Below, piece by piece: positions 1 to 12,856 of a stretch of DNA of 64,000 nucleotides. Position 1 is the first letter of the stretch, and the number at the start of each line of letters is the position of its first letter. Both the position numbers and the translations under genes were made by a program. The notes under the pieces were generated by a model, which ran no database searches, had not been told where the DNA came from, and worked only from the letters and a program-made list of their open reading frames with translations. The DNA comes from Balanoglossus misakiensis (Eukaryota; Animalia; Hemichordata): positions 17,841,028-17,905,027 of the forward strand of contig CM082576.2 of the NCBI GenBank assembly GCA_040954595.2. The letters are read 5' to 3'.

Positions 1-1563
1 TGTTCACTTTTGTCATATGGTGTAAAGCCAAAAATAATGTCACAAACAAATTTGCATTAGAGATAGTAGCTTCCTGCAATGTGTTGCAAGTAAATTCGTT
101 GCTAATATAATGTGATAGCCAGACACTCAAAAAATGAAATCATGCACTTTGTATGGAATGTTACGTTTGTCACAGACTACATGCATCGTCATGTTGACTG
201 GAATTCAACAGCCCATGCATCCATTTTCCTGTTTGGTTAACAATTTGTTGCATTTATTATCAAAAACACAAAAACCATACTAGTGGTGTTTCATATATCT
301 TCAACATCCATTGAAAATATTTGTTAAAGTACAAAGGCAAACATTTATGGAGCATAATGATATTCACCAAAATTTTGCTAGACAGATAAGAAAACAAATG
401 GTTATTTCACCAGGTAAATTTCCTCAAATTTACAAGCAACAGTGTTCAGCCAGCTATTAAAAATATGGGGGCATTGTGAATTTTGTGACGTGATAGCTGT
501 ACATGTACATTATTATTGATAATGTATCGTGTTATTAGGTGGACACGCAACGCACTCAAGAACCAGCCAGACGTGGACAATTTCTGACTGAATAACATAG
601 GTTTTCAAACAATGCAAACATGTTAAGGTCTAAAAAAGAAATGCAAATATACACAGAAGAAATACTGTGATATTTATTAATTTCGAATCTGACCTCAACT
701 GGTGATTTATTTAATTTCTTCTTCCTACGGTGGCAGTACATGTCGTCTGCTCATGAATCACACGCAGTTTTGAACATGGCTCGCTCACGCATGTAAAGTA
801 AACCCAGATGCTTGATTTGACATTCATTCAACATAATACTGTGTACCATGTACCAAGCAGTCATGTCAACAAAGCTATACATGAAAATAGTAATGCTGCA
901 AGTGTCACTGTCACGTTGTCTACAAGTTGTTAGGAGGCGAGTTTGTTTATGTATTGCAACATTCTGAGCGCCCGCATACGTGAACTTTACTGAGAATGCA
1001 AATGAATGCAAACGCAAGGTTTCACAAAAATCAAAATGTTTTTCAGATATATTTCAGCAAAACCCTTAAATGAATTGTCACTTGCGTTCATAAACCTTCA
1101 TTATTTATTTCCTGATGTTTGAATATGATACTAGAAATGCACAGTTCACCTATTGACCGCAATCAGCTGTTCTTTTGTTTACGCAATTGCTCTGTTTTTG
1201 ATATCTGTGACCGAGTCTGAGTTTTTAGGTGAATTTTTTGGGGAAAAGATCAACATCAAGCATCAGATTAAAGGCACGTTTTAAATAATCCCATGTATCC
1301 TTTGAATTATGTCTATTAAATGATATTTCCTAATAGTATATCAAGATCACTTATTTATGACAAAATGGCCAAAAGTTAAAGAAAATCGAAAATTCCTGCA
1401 ATATTCAGATCAAAAATGAAAATGTAATGTCTCAGCGGAGTACATTTACTTCCATAATTGTAGTGGATGAGATCGTGCCTTGTTTATGAAATTTTATATT
1501 CGGAAATGCAACGTTCCTTGTTTCTTGCATTTTTCCACGGTGGCGGCCATATTTCTTTGTGGC

Positions 1564-3165
1564 AAAGTGACTAAGAAATTTACCTGCCCTGTGCAAATAT
1601 TACCGCTGTTAATTTTATAAGCCTGTAGAGACACACAGACACATGGCATGACCTCCAACAAAAGTTGCTTCATCTTTTGTCAAGTTTAGCTAAGTTGTTG
1701 CAATGCGCGTACGCTCAGTGTGTTGCTTGTGTTACAAGGCTATTGATGCAATTTATAGAACGCGTGTCTAAAGATAACTTGTGCACTGAATGAAATGGCA
1801 GCACATTGCTCTTGACAGCGTGCAGAGCTGCGTTGCTTCTAGGGTGATTCAAGCCGTGGAAGGTGTGAAATCACTCAGTTGTGTTCACTATTCATCAAGA
1901 ATTGAAAGGAAGTAGCAAGTTACCGTGAAATCAAAGCTGGACGCATAGCAAAAGTACGGGAGGTGACAATCAGTCATATTGTTGTTCACTCAGGAAGAAT
2001 GTGTCACAGTGACCCATGAAGATTTATTTTGTTATGACAATCCAATATTTATTGCATCAAATGTTGCAAGGCCACATGCGAGCTGAAACACTGTATATTG
2101 TTTTATTTCTATCATTTGTGATTTTAGATAGTATTAGTGTTTTAAACACAGAGAGAGCACCTATTTTGGATTCTTAGCCACCCATTTGTTTTTCCAACTT
2201 ATTATCTGAAACTTCCTACTTTTCATTACAATTTTACAAAGCAAAGATAGTTCTGATAGACAGACAAAAACTACTTAATACTGTTACCAAGTGAAGGAAT
2301 GTCTTGCTTGTGTCTAGAAATCACAAATTATCACAGTCTACTGGTTAGGACCTTGCAGGACTACATATATTCGCATGACTGCTTTCAGGACAGTTACACT
2401 TGAACATTGCAGCCTTCTATTGCAATAACTAACCTTTAACCCCAATCTAACCTCTAACATTAACCTCTAACCACTAACCACTAACCTAAATAGCAGGCAG
2501 GAATGTCCACGTTTTCTGTCCTTGAAGTTGATACCCTCTGAATATTTGGCAAAAGTCAGATTGTCTTTACACTTAAACAAAAGTGCCAATGTTGTATGAC
2601 TGCCTACCAAATATGCTCTCTCTTTGAGTGTTTCAGCTAGCGTGCGGCCTTGCGACATTTGACGCAATAAATGTTGGATTGTCGCAACGGAATAATCTTC
2701 ATGGGTCACTGTGATGCATTCTTCCTCAGTGAGCAATAATGTGACTGATTGTCACCCCTGTACTTTTGCTTTGCGTCCACCTTTGCTTTCACTGTAACTA
2801 GCTACGCCCTTTCAATTCTTGACGAATAGTGAACACAACTGAGTGATTTCACACCTTCCACGGCTTGAATCACCCTAGAAGCAACGCAGCTCTGCACGCT
2901 GTCAAGAGCAGTGCACTGCCATTTCATTCAGTGCACAAGTTATCTTTAGACAGGCGTCCTGTAAATAGCATCAACAGCCTAGTAACACAAGCAACGCACT
3001 GAGCGTGTGCGCGCATTGTAACAAATCAGCTAAACATGACAAAAGATGAAGCAATTTTTGTTGGAGGTCATGTCATGTGTCTGTGCGTTTGCACAGGCTT
3101 ATAAAATTAACAGCAGCCGAGGGCCGGTAATAATTGCACAGGGCAGGTACATTTCTTGGTCAACT
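1564..3165. repeat. Long inverted repeat (foldback-type element), arms ~550-600 bp
   Basis: 1564-2170 is an imperfect reverse complement of 2608-3165 (e.g. gtgattcaagccgtggaaggtgtgaaatcactcagttgtgttcactattc at ~1844 vs its complement at ~2825). Weaker arm homology extends to ~1240/~3310. No coding capacity. Confidence 0.8.
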
Positions 3166-5756
3166 GCCCTGATTTATGCCTACTTGGATCAGGGAAACTT
3201 TTAAATACTTTGCACTATTTGACTTTGTTTAGAATATGGATGGGTATGATTGCAAGAAAATTATTATCAAAACGATTAATCTGATCTTGAATGTTGATCT
3301 TTTTTCCCCCTCAAAAACAATACACGTTAACATTTCTTCGCCAATGGCAGTATATCATAATTAACACAAAATCTGAGATGTCTTGTCTTAGGATTATGTC
3401 CAATTTCTAAAAAACAGATACATGTAGTAGGATGTAAAAGACAACCGGCACTGAAAACTTGTGAACTTGGCATGGGCAGGCAGTGTTTCATCCAGGACAC
3501 AGGTGAATTAGGCGTTCTGTTCGGGACACAAACAAACAAACAAAATAGAAACAGCAACCACCATCATGATAAACAAGGCAGTGTCTTGAATTAAGCCAAC
3601 CGCTCGTGCGATCAAGCAGCTGACACAAGAAGTGGCTTGTGTCAAAGGTCCCATCCGTATGCTAGTAAAGTGGCATATAGAAGGAAGCTGTCTAACTCCC
3701 ACTTGAAAACTGCTCGACACTGTTGAATATTTGCCATTTTTTAGCCTCTAAATGTCTGACATCTATAAAATTTCTACCCCATTTTAAAACATCAATAAAC
3801 AGGCTATCATTATTATCAGCATCGATTTATCAGTCTCTCTTACTACTGGTTGTTGCTAGCGCGTAAAAAATATGACAACATCACAGTTTTTGAGGCGCAT
3901 AGCAAGTCGTGGGAACATCAGGGTGTTTTATTGGAGCGGACGTCGTAACCCCATGTCAATTTCAAATACTTCCACTAGTAATAGTATTTCACTAGGCCTA
4001 CTTTACACTGGATATAAAAAAAGACAATATTCTTTCTTAGTAAGTACTATGTGCCAATGTTAGCATACTTGATAAGTAACGGCCGTGGTAAAATTTGTCC
4101 AAAAGAACCTATGATTATGTAAATTTTATGGGAATTAGCCCTGACTCTATGATTTTTCCCAGGGAGAACACTGTCCTGATAGATTGTCCCCCGAAAATGT
4201 GATCTGTCCCCCTTTCTAACCTGCTGCAGGTCACAATCTTCCCATGCTTTCAAAAGCTGGCTGGACTTTGATGTGTCAAACTTCTTTCAACAAAAGGGAA
4301 CATGTAGCCAGGCCAAAGACGGCACATATTTTGTAAAAACCGTAGTATAGTTTTTATCAAAAATTTAATGCATTTCTGTTTCAAGGCTGAAGTAGTGAAG
4401 ATTAATCCTTGTTCATAGGTTGTTACACTCTTTAAGTACCCCTAATTTCATATCCATAGAAAAAATTTCGTAAAATGTATGATCTCCAACGATGCATCAC
4501 AAGGAAATTATTTACGACTTTTCTGCTAGTTTATTTTATGAGACCATTAAAAGGCTTCCTGTCATTATAGGGACTACTCTCATTTGCATGTTGCATATTT
4601 GCTACATTTTTATCACCAAGCTTTTCAAATTCTTCTACGGATGCATTGATATTAGGGGACAACAGTGTTATCGTTGCAAATCCCATGGTTTAGACCCCCA
4701 AGGCACTGGCTATTCTTTGTTTTTGGATGAAACTGGTTTTCCCTCTGCGCCCTCTAAGTCAGTTATGCATGTGCAATTCATTGTTAATAACATTGCCTCT
4801 GTTGGATTGACAGTTGCAGGGGTTAATCATAGCACCTCACAAATGATCCACAAGACTGACAAATTGGTTTAAGACCTGGAGAAATTCACGCAAAGTGAAT
4901 ACTGCTGGGAGCTACATTGAAACACACTGTAGACAGACACATTTCACAATACCATCCAATATGCTATGGTATCAACATTCAATCAGTCACTGTTAAACAT
5001 TCAGTCTGCATGACTTGTGTACTTTCCATCTTGTTGTAAGAGTTGCTCGATTTGCTTGACATCTCTTGCTTTGGCTGTATTTGCCTGAATGGCAAATCTG
5101 CAAATTGTTTGAAATCTTTTCTTTTATCTTTGATTGTAATCATTTATCTTGTTTGAATACTTTTTTTAGTTTTGATGCAATTTTTCTGACCTTTACTTAG
5201 TGTTTGTAGTTGTTTATTCCACAACATTGTTTTTGTTTAAAACCCAAGTTGTGAGTTTTCTCTAGAAGATACGAGTGACAGTTTGAAAAGCGAAAAAACA
5301 AACAAAAAAACTGACTAGAATACTGGCGTAGCTTGTTCACTCGATTGCTGCAATACAATACATGCATATCGATCGGAAATCAAGCAAGTTTTTCATGTAA
5401 CTTTTGTTTCATAACCAAAAAAAAAACTACTTTGCATTTTGTCTTTCAAGTGCAACCTCCAATGAAAAGTTACAATGAATCGGACCAGATCATGCAAATG
5501 CCTGTTGATCTCCGACCTATTTGAAACTCAAGTTAAATGTGTGGACACAAGAATTTGAAGTCCCTGATAAGAAATGTTTACCCACTTATGATAATAAAAA
5601 AACGAGCGCCCTAACCATGGCACATGAGAACCCGTCTTAACAATTTCCTCAGGTTGCCTCAAGTAAATTTGATTTTGAAATGTCCTCTGAAATGCCCCAA
5701 CCAGTCTTGGCCCAAACTGCCCCCCCCCCTCCTCAGTAATACCCATTTTGATACAC

Positions 5757-5960
5757 CTGTCTGTCTGTCTGTCTGTCCGTCCATCCGTCTGTCTGAGTGA
5801 GTGAGTGAGTGAGTGAGTGAGTGAGTGTACACATGTATTTGTCCAAACTTTTGAATAGTTTAGTTAGTTAGTTAGTTAGTATATAGTTAGTTAGTTAGTT
5901 AGTTAATTAGTCAGTTCTTAGTTAATTAGTATAAGTTTAGTATTTAGTTAATTAGGTTTA
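5757..5960. repeat. Compound microsatellite (CTGT)n (GAGT)n (GTTA)n
   Basis: Directly visible tetranucleotide runs. Confidence 0.85.
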
Positions 5961-7698
5961 TTAGTTTAGGTAGCATAGGTTTAGTTAGCATACATTTATT
6001 TACTTGGTTTATTTACTCAGTGTATATATTTATTTATTTTATTTATTTAGTTCAATGCAGATGTGTACACTTATTATAAAAAAAATAAAAAAAAATATAT
6101 TTTTTAAATGTGTGGTCTTATATCTGCACTGACTGGAGGGGTAATATGAATTCTGGCTGCCTTAAATAGGATTTCACTTTGTGCTAGGGGGGTCAAATCA
6201 CATTGCATTCTGGGCAAAAAGTCGACAACCCACTGTAGTAAGAGTTAGAAGAAATGATATGTTTACTGTATTTCATGACTTCCTTTGGTCAAACATGTCC
6301 GTTTTTGTAGTTAGCAACTCATTTTAGCTTTTTTCACATTTTGTTATTTTTTATGTTAAACAGTTTCAGAATGACCCATCATCACTTTAGCTCATGAACT
6401 CCCATTTTTTAAACATGGCAAAAATCGGCCATCTTGAAATTGTGTTGACCATATGAGATTTTCATCACTCACTTAGGTAGCTTACAACCTATTTAAGGTT
6501 GGGAGAGTTGGTTGCTGTAACCGTGGAGGTACTAGAGAGTACCTCCATGCTGTAACAAAGCTTTGATTTATTCTGAGGGGCGGAGGCACGATACATTGGG
6601 GTCAATCAGTCGTGTTAAATGCAGATCTCTCCCAGCAGCAGAAAATTTAATAAGTGTTACCCTCTCTCTATATTAGTCCAATGTGTATAATGTGCGTCTA
6701 CCACAAAGGACCATGTTAAGTTTCCACCTTCTTGGTCCCATAATATCTATCCAAATAAACAAGGTTGTTTATGGTTTTTACCAACATCAAGAATCAGACA
6801 TACAGAGGTAATTGACCAAACAATACAATTCGGACTTAAATCATAATTGTATAATGATAAAATTCTGAGTTCTCACTAAGCAGGTGCCGGGCCATCAAGA
6901 CATCTGGTCAGCTACTTTGCAGAACAGGTCACCTATTCTTTCTCTATCAACAGTACCAGAGGATAGCACCATGGCATTCTATGTCTAAGTTTGTCAATCA
7001 ACCAACCAAGTGAAAAACAAGATCCTAATTCAACCGTTGCCATTGCAAATAAATTTCAACATTTGAAATCAATGTCAGAGCAATTAATGTTGTAAAGTTG
7101 CCTTTGAACATCACCACATTATGACTCTGTGAGATGATCAATGGAGGACTGTGGCGGCTGGCAACTTAGTATAGGTTGCAAGATCAAAAATGTTTAGTTC
7201 TACTTTTTCTAGTGTTTGTTAAATATACCATAATTTTCAGTGATACCCTTGAAAAAATAAGCTCAATGTCTGTTCTTTACATCTACATGATTTGACTAAT
7301 GTTTACAACAAAAACAACTTTTTTATTGTATTGTACTAAAAAGAATAATCTTATTCTGGCTCAATAGTAAATTTTAAAAATAACAGTGTAAAACTAGGCA
7401 GAAACACAACAAAATCACGTCACCACAAAAAGGACAAAAACATTATACATATCAGGGATTAACTTTCCTGATGGCCATTGGCACAAAGCTGTTGCTGAAC
7501 CTCAGCTTAGACCACTTAAAGGGGCCCCCAACCCAAGCCAATTTTCACATTTCCATGATCCCTAATACCCATTTAACATATCCTGACTTGAATCGCATTC
7601 ATACGTGCCCGCATTGCTGAGATCGGCACTGCGTAAATCTTGGTGTGATAGCCCAGTCCAGACCATGGTCGCGAAAAGGCTCATGGGAGCTTTGGGCG

Positions 7699-7706
7699 TG
7701 ACGTCA
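7699..7706. promoter_or_regulatory. CRE palindrome TGACGTCA in the left TIR (mirrored at 12943-12950 in the right TIR)
   Basis: Exact TGACGTCA at the inner end of both TIRs, upstream of each gene's ATG. Function is inferred only. Confidence 0.35.
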
Positions 7707-7846
7707 CTTATGATACGATCCTATTAACGGAAGTGCTATCCAGCCGTAGAAGCTTATGTGTCTATCCAAATTATTGTCTACTTCGTCGAGATTCGGAAAG
7801 CAACTATTTTAGCTATACCCATTATCAATGTTAGTGCGTCAACAAA

Positions 7847-10800
7847 ATGGTTTATTGTTGTGCTGTTGGATGTAGAAACGATTCGAGAAAAAATACAGCT
7901 AGTGTAAGTTTTCACCGCTTTCCGAAGTTAGATTTGTACCGGAGGCAGTGGCTGAGGAAAGTCGGGAGGGGAGAAAACCTGCTTCAAGTGACGAAAAACG
8001 CGACATTGTGTTCTGCTCACTTCAAAGAAGAGTGTTTTAAGAGAGACTTAAAGGTAAGATAACAATTACTGACTACTTTTATCGAGATTTAGCAACATGA
8101 TCTTTTCCTGACATTGGAAGATGAGCGCGTCAGTCAGCCAGATGCATCATATATGGGTACATGTGCTTATGTATTTCATGCGTTGTTATGAACTAAAAAA
8201 AGCAAATTATGCTTATCTTAGACAACTGTTAACAGACGATGTGCTCCCTTGTAAATGCGTTTACGTAAAAAAAGTATATGAGATGTTCTATGTGTGCATT
8301 ATACATCTCCGTAATGAGTCTTAGGAACCAAAAGATGTTCAAGGCAGGCTTCGCCCACCAACACTTATTGTTTATTGGGAGATGGGTATTTGACATGATT
8401 GTTGTTTCCTCTGTTAAAAGTCACGAATTCACAACTACAAAATTCTATTGTTCTTGAATTATGTTGTGTTACCAAATGTCACAGTTCAAACCACTGTATA
8501 TAAACCCCAGAGTTTAGACAATAAAGCATAAACTACCTTTGTTGAATTGCTAACTGATGTACAGAACCGCGAGAGTCCGATGGAGGTTTTCAAATACCAC
8601 GCATTAAACAGACATAATGAGAAAAGATACAGGTGTGATACTAAATGAGAGTAGTTTGATTCTTTGGAAAGGTTTGACACGCGTGGACAAACGCGTGTCT
8701 CCGCGATACACCTTTAACACTAAACAATGGGTGATTAAACCTTTCCTACGACTTTTTCATAAGGTGTGAAAGTGTGATCATTCTTTTTGTACAGAACTCC
8801 CCAAGGAAACTTATCCGTTTCTAGTTCCGAAAATTGTTTCTACTTGACAAATCACTGTTTTAGGTGCATTTATCGTTGTCAGAAAGAAAATATAAGTTTG
8901 GTGAAATTGCAAGCGTTGTCAGCATCTTGTGTTACGATGCAAATTTGTATGTAATGGTTTAAAGTGGAAAATGGCTTCATCTTCCGATTAGTAGAGCAGG
9001 TTCACAATTAATTGATTTCGTTCTAAAAATCAATCAGACGCTTGCCAATATAAATCTGCTATACGAGACAATTTCTTGAATTTCACAAATTTATTTCTTT
9101 TAGCATGAAATGCTTGGTACCAAACGTCGCTGGGAATTGAAAGAGGATGCGGTTCCCACCATTTTCGAACACTTGGCGCCCCCGCCAAAAAGAAGAATTC
9201 ACAGTGAGAAGAGGCGGTCACGAAAAGAAAACGATCAGGTAACTCGTCTTAGAGTACAATTTGTTGATGCACTTTTCTCAATTTTACGATATGTTTTCAT
9301 ATTGAAGCTAAATTTCCATCTCTTTCGGCAGATTATCAGCCACGTATTGAATTCTGAAAGTGAGGGTGGTTCTAGTGCCGACAGTGTTGATGTACCTGTT
9401 GCCGACAACAACGACGTGGTCACCGATGGAAGCAATGACATAGATGATGGTCACAAGGAAATTCGGGTGAGAATTCGATAATATTGTTTCTATTTTACGG
9501 AAAAACGAAACAATTTATTTTATTCGAAAAAATATTTTGTTCTTTTATCTTCTTTTCATTTGAATCTTATAGGCGCCTATGATAAACGTTGCTACACAAA
9601 CCGAACCATCCTGTACCTGTACATGTGGCAAAGCCACGGTACAGACAACTGCTAACAAGAATCAATCAAAGATACCGGTGTATATAGATCACCCGTACTG
9701 TAGTTCGACTCCGCGAAAGACGACGAAGTCTCCGAAGCCGACTGGAATGCAACAGGAAATGTCACCTATTGTACCGTCCAACAACACCGATATTGAGATT
9801 GATCCACCCGTGTACGATCTATCGTGCATGATCATCGCTGATGAATGTACCACTCAATGCGACATGACGACAGAGTGTGAACAACCAAGCAACGCTGAAG
9901 AAAACGCTGAATCGTCCACCCTCTTAGATGTTTCCATGTCAACCACTTCATGGCAAGATGAGTCATTTGAAACTGACAGTGAGGCTAGTGAAGCAGATTC
10001 TGAAAGCGAGGCTGGTACTGATGAAGAACCTGAGAAGGACTTTCATCAAGAAAAGAAGTATATCGTATTTGAAAGATGTCTCGCCAACCTCTTCAAGAGA
10101 TGCTTGCATTGCGGAGAGGAGGTCATCGAAACGAAAACATGCACACAGGGCTCAATGCTTACAGTCAACATGATATGTGCACGTATGTGTGACATCACCT
10201 GGCATTCACAGCCCATGATTAACCGTATGGCGGTCGGCAATTTGCTTGCTGCCGCAGCCATTCTTTTCAGTGGTAACACTTTCAGTCGTGTTGCGCAATG
10301 CATTTCATTTCTTAATCTGCAATTCTTCAGCGAGACAACCTATCTGTCAACCCAAAATAAATATCTGTTTCCAGCTATAAATATGGCATGGGAAAAAGAA
10401 TCCGCGGTTGTGAAAGCTGATCTGCGAACCACTGACATGGTGAAACTGTCTGGTGATGGCCGCTGCGACTCTCCTGGCTACAGTGCCAAATACGGATCGT
10501 ATACTTTCATGGAACAATCTGTTGGTAAAGTGGTTGATTTAACGGTTACTCAAGTTTCCGAGGTAGCCAATTCGAATGCAATGGAGAAGGCCGGCTTCAA
10601 GAGAACCCTGGATCGAATTCTGGCCGCCGAAGTTCCAGTGGTTACCGTGGCAACTGACAGGCACTTGCAGATCGCTAGTACCATGAAGAAAGACTACCCA
10701 GAAATATCCCATCAGTTCGACGTATGGCATGTCGCCAAGTCCATCACTAAGAAGTTGACAGAATACGCGAAGAAGAAGAAATATACAGCACTGCGGCCCT

Positions 10801-11718
10801 GGGTGCAGTCCGTCTCAAACCACTTATGGTGGAGCGCCGCTACATGTGGTGGAAATCCACAAATTCTGAGAGAGAAATGGACATCAATTGTTCATCACAC
10901 AACAAATGTCCACAGATGGGATGGGTGCATGCACTTTCATAGCTGTGCCCATCCTCCATTACAGAGGGATGAGGCAAGGGAAATCGCGTGGCTGGAAACA
11001 GGCGGGCCAAGCCATGAAGCACTGAAGGAAGTTGTCTTCGATAAGAGGATATTGGCAGCCGCAGACAAACTGTCTGAATTCTGTCACACTGGCAGTTTGG
11101 AAGCATTCCATTCACTAATGACGAAATATTGTCCAAAACGACAGCATTTCTCATATAGAGGTAAATATGATTTATTTACTCACGTATACTTCATCTCATA
11201 TTCTGTCCATCATCCAGCCAGATAACTACCAAAATTCAGTTTGTATAGTTATTCTTTCGTGGGCAAGTAAAAAGAAGCAAAGCAGACTCGAAACTTCTGT
11301 TTGAATGTTTGGGGTTATAATTAAAAAAAGTAACAAATATAATGATTTCATAAATTTTCACACAGGTATGGTCGCAAGAACGCAACTCGCTGCTTTAGAC
11401 CACAATGCAAACGTTGACAGAAACCAGGCCAGGATCATGAATGGTGAGAGGAGAGGGGAGCTGCGATACAAAGTGGTATTCCCTAAGAACAGAAAGTCTT
11501 GGGTCGCCAAACCCATCATGGAGAAGAAATCGTACGCCCATATTTCAGACATGATGGCCGACGTGTTGGAGAAACGAAGGACGGGAAACCACGGGGGGAA
11601 TATTATCGTACCTGACTTGCCACAGAACATCGCACCTGTTCCACGACCCCCAGATGAGAATGTCATTGCAGGCCATCTCACCAGATTCAACACGGCTTGC
11701 AACAGAATTACAGTTTGA
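7847..11718 (+). CDS. Kolobok transposase with N-terminal THAP domain; 5 exons (7847-8053, 9104-9238, 9332-9466, 9573-11160, 11366-11718), ~805 aa
   Basis: THAP motifs CCAVGC..FHRFP..W..LCSAHF..DAVPTIF; catalytic-region motifs DGRCDSPGYSAKYGSY, TDRH, FDVWH, HTGSLEAFHS, ARTQLAALDHN. All introns are GT-AG with consistent phases and no stops. Confidence 0.9.
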
Positions 11719-11791
11719 AATGACGAAGCCATTACCACTGGAACACTATTCCATTGACAATTTAAATTTTATTTTGTTGTGTTTCAAAAGC

Positions 11792-12856
11792 TCAACAGGG
11801 TAAATGACAATCTTTAAAACCAATGTAAACTCCGGACTCTTCTGGATACGTCCTTCTCACTTCCATAACAACGCATGCGGGGATGACTCTTCGCACTCGC
11901 CTTCCAAGTTTACCATATATCCAGAACGTAAATTGGGTATACGCTGCCCAACGTAGAGATCTGCAAAAGAAAATTTACAAATCAATTTTCTGTTACGACA
12001 GCGAGGTCTTTCGCAAAATATGTAAACTAAATGCAAAATTTCCACTGTTGGCGTATAAAATACAACGTTTCTATTCAACAGCTTGGGTATCCACCAAAAA
12101 ATACCGATTGACACTTTCAATTTAACAAAGAAAACTGCCCAGACGGATAGTGTTGATGAATGCCAATCTTGATAGCTGCATAAATTTACATTGCATTGTT
12201 CATGTCTTTGTTAAAGCTTCCCTTCGGACCATGGTGAAAGTCACTTTTAACACAAAGACATAAAAACATCAAGATCCAAGTGGGAGAAAAAAAGGAACTC
12301 ACCTGTTTTCGACCGGTTCGGTAAATTTATCACCACGCATGTCATACATTCTCAATAGTGTCGTTTCTAAAACATCTCGATTTAGGCAGACGGATCGAAA
12401 AGCTTCGCTGGTTATGATACAAATGTCACCTGCCAAAGTAAATGTACAGTATCGTGTAAAAATTCGGATTGCGATGTACGTTATTGAATGTAGTAGATCG
12501 TGTGGCAATGTAATGATCAAATAAAACGACGTCTTCCATTTTCTTATTCCAGAATTGTTGCGCTTCAAAGGGAATAATGTCTTACCTTCTCTAATCTTAT
12601 CTTCGATGGAAGATTTTTCGCGGCAACATACACACTCGGGTGTAGACGACATTACTTGGCAATTATCACAGGAACACCAGTCAAATGTCACCTGCCGATT
12701 CGAAGTTTGATCATTTGCTACATCACTGCATGTACTGCTTCCGTCACTGTCATAGGACATTTCACTTTCTGTGTACCTTGGCTCAAATTGGTAGGGTTTG
12801 ATTTCAGCAGGAAAAAAACATTCTGTGTCGGATGTTTCACTTTCCGAAGTATCCAT
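11792..12856 (-). CDS. KolX accessory protein, P2X7 C-terminal ballast (Zn-binding Cys) domain-like; 3 exons (12856-12586, 12429-12303, 11960-11792), ~188 aa
   Basis: PYQFEP, WCSCDNCQVM..ECVCCRE, CII..AFRSVCLNRDVL, SLRWAAYTQFTFWIYGKLGRRVRRVIPACVVMEVRRTYPEESGVYIGFK. Splice phases are consistent (567 nt). An alternative in-frame ATG lies at 12889. Confidence 0.85.

Noticed and set aside
4047-4872. ORFs 4047-4253 and 4492-4872 as genes or RT remnants
   Set aside because: No convincing motif or splice structure recognised.
7847-9481. Stand-alone host THAP gene or P element
   Set aside because: Splices in frame to the downstream DDE ORF. The TTAA TSD and AG..CT ends fit Kolobok, not P (8-bp TSD) or piggyBac (CC..GG-type ends).
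9928-11738. Antisense and alternative-frame ORFs over the Kolobok transposase
   Set aside because: Shadows of the real coding frame.
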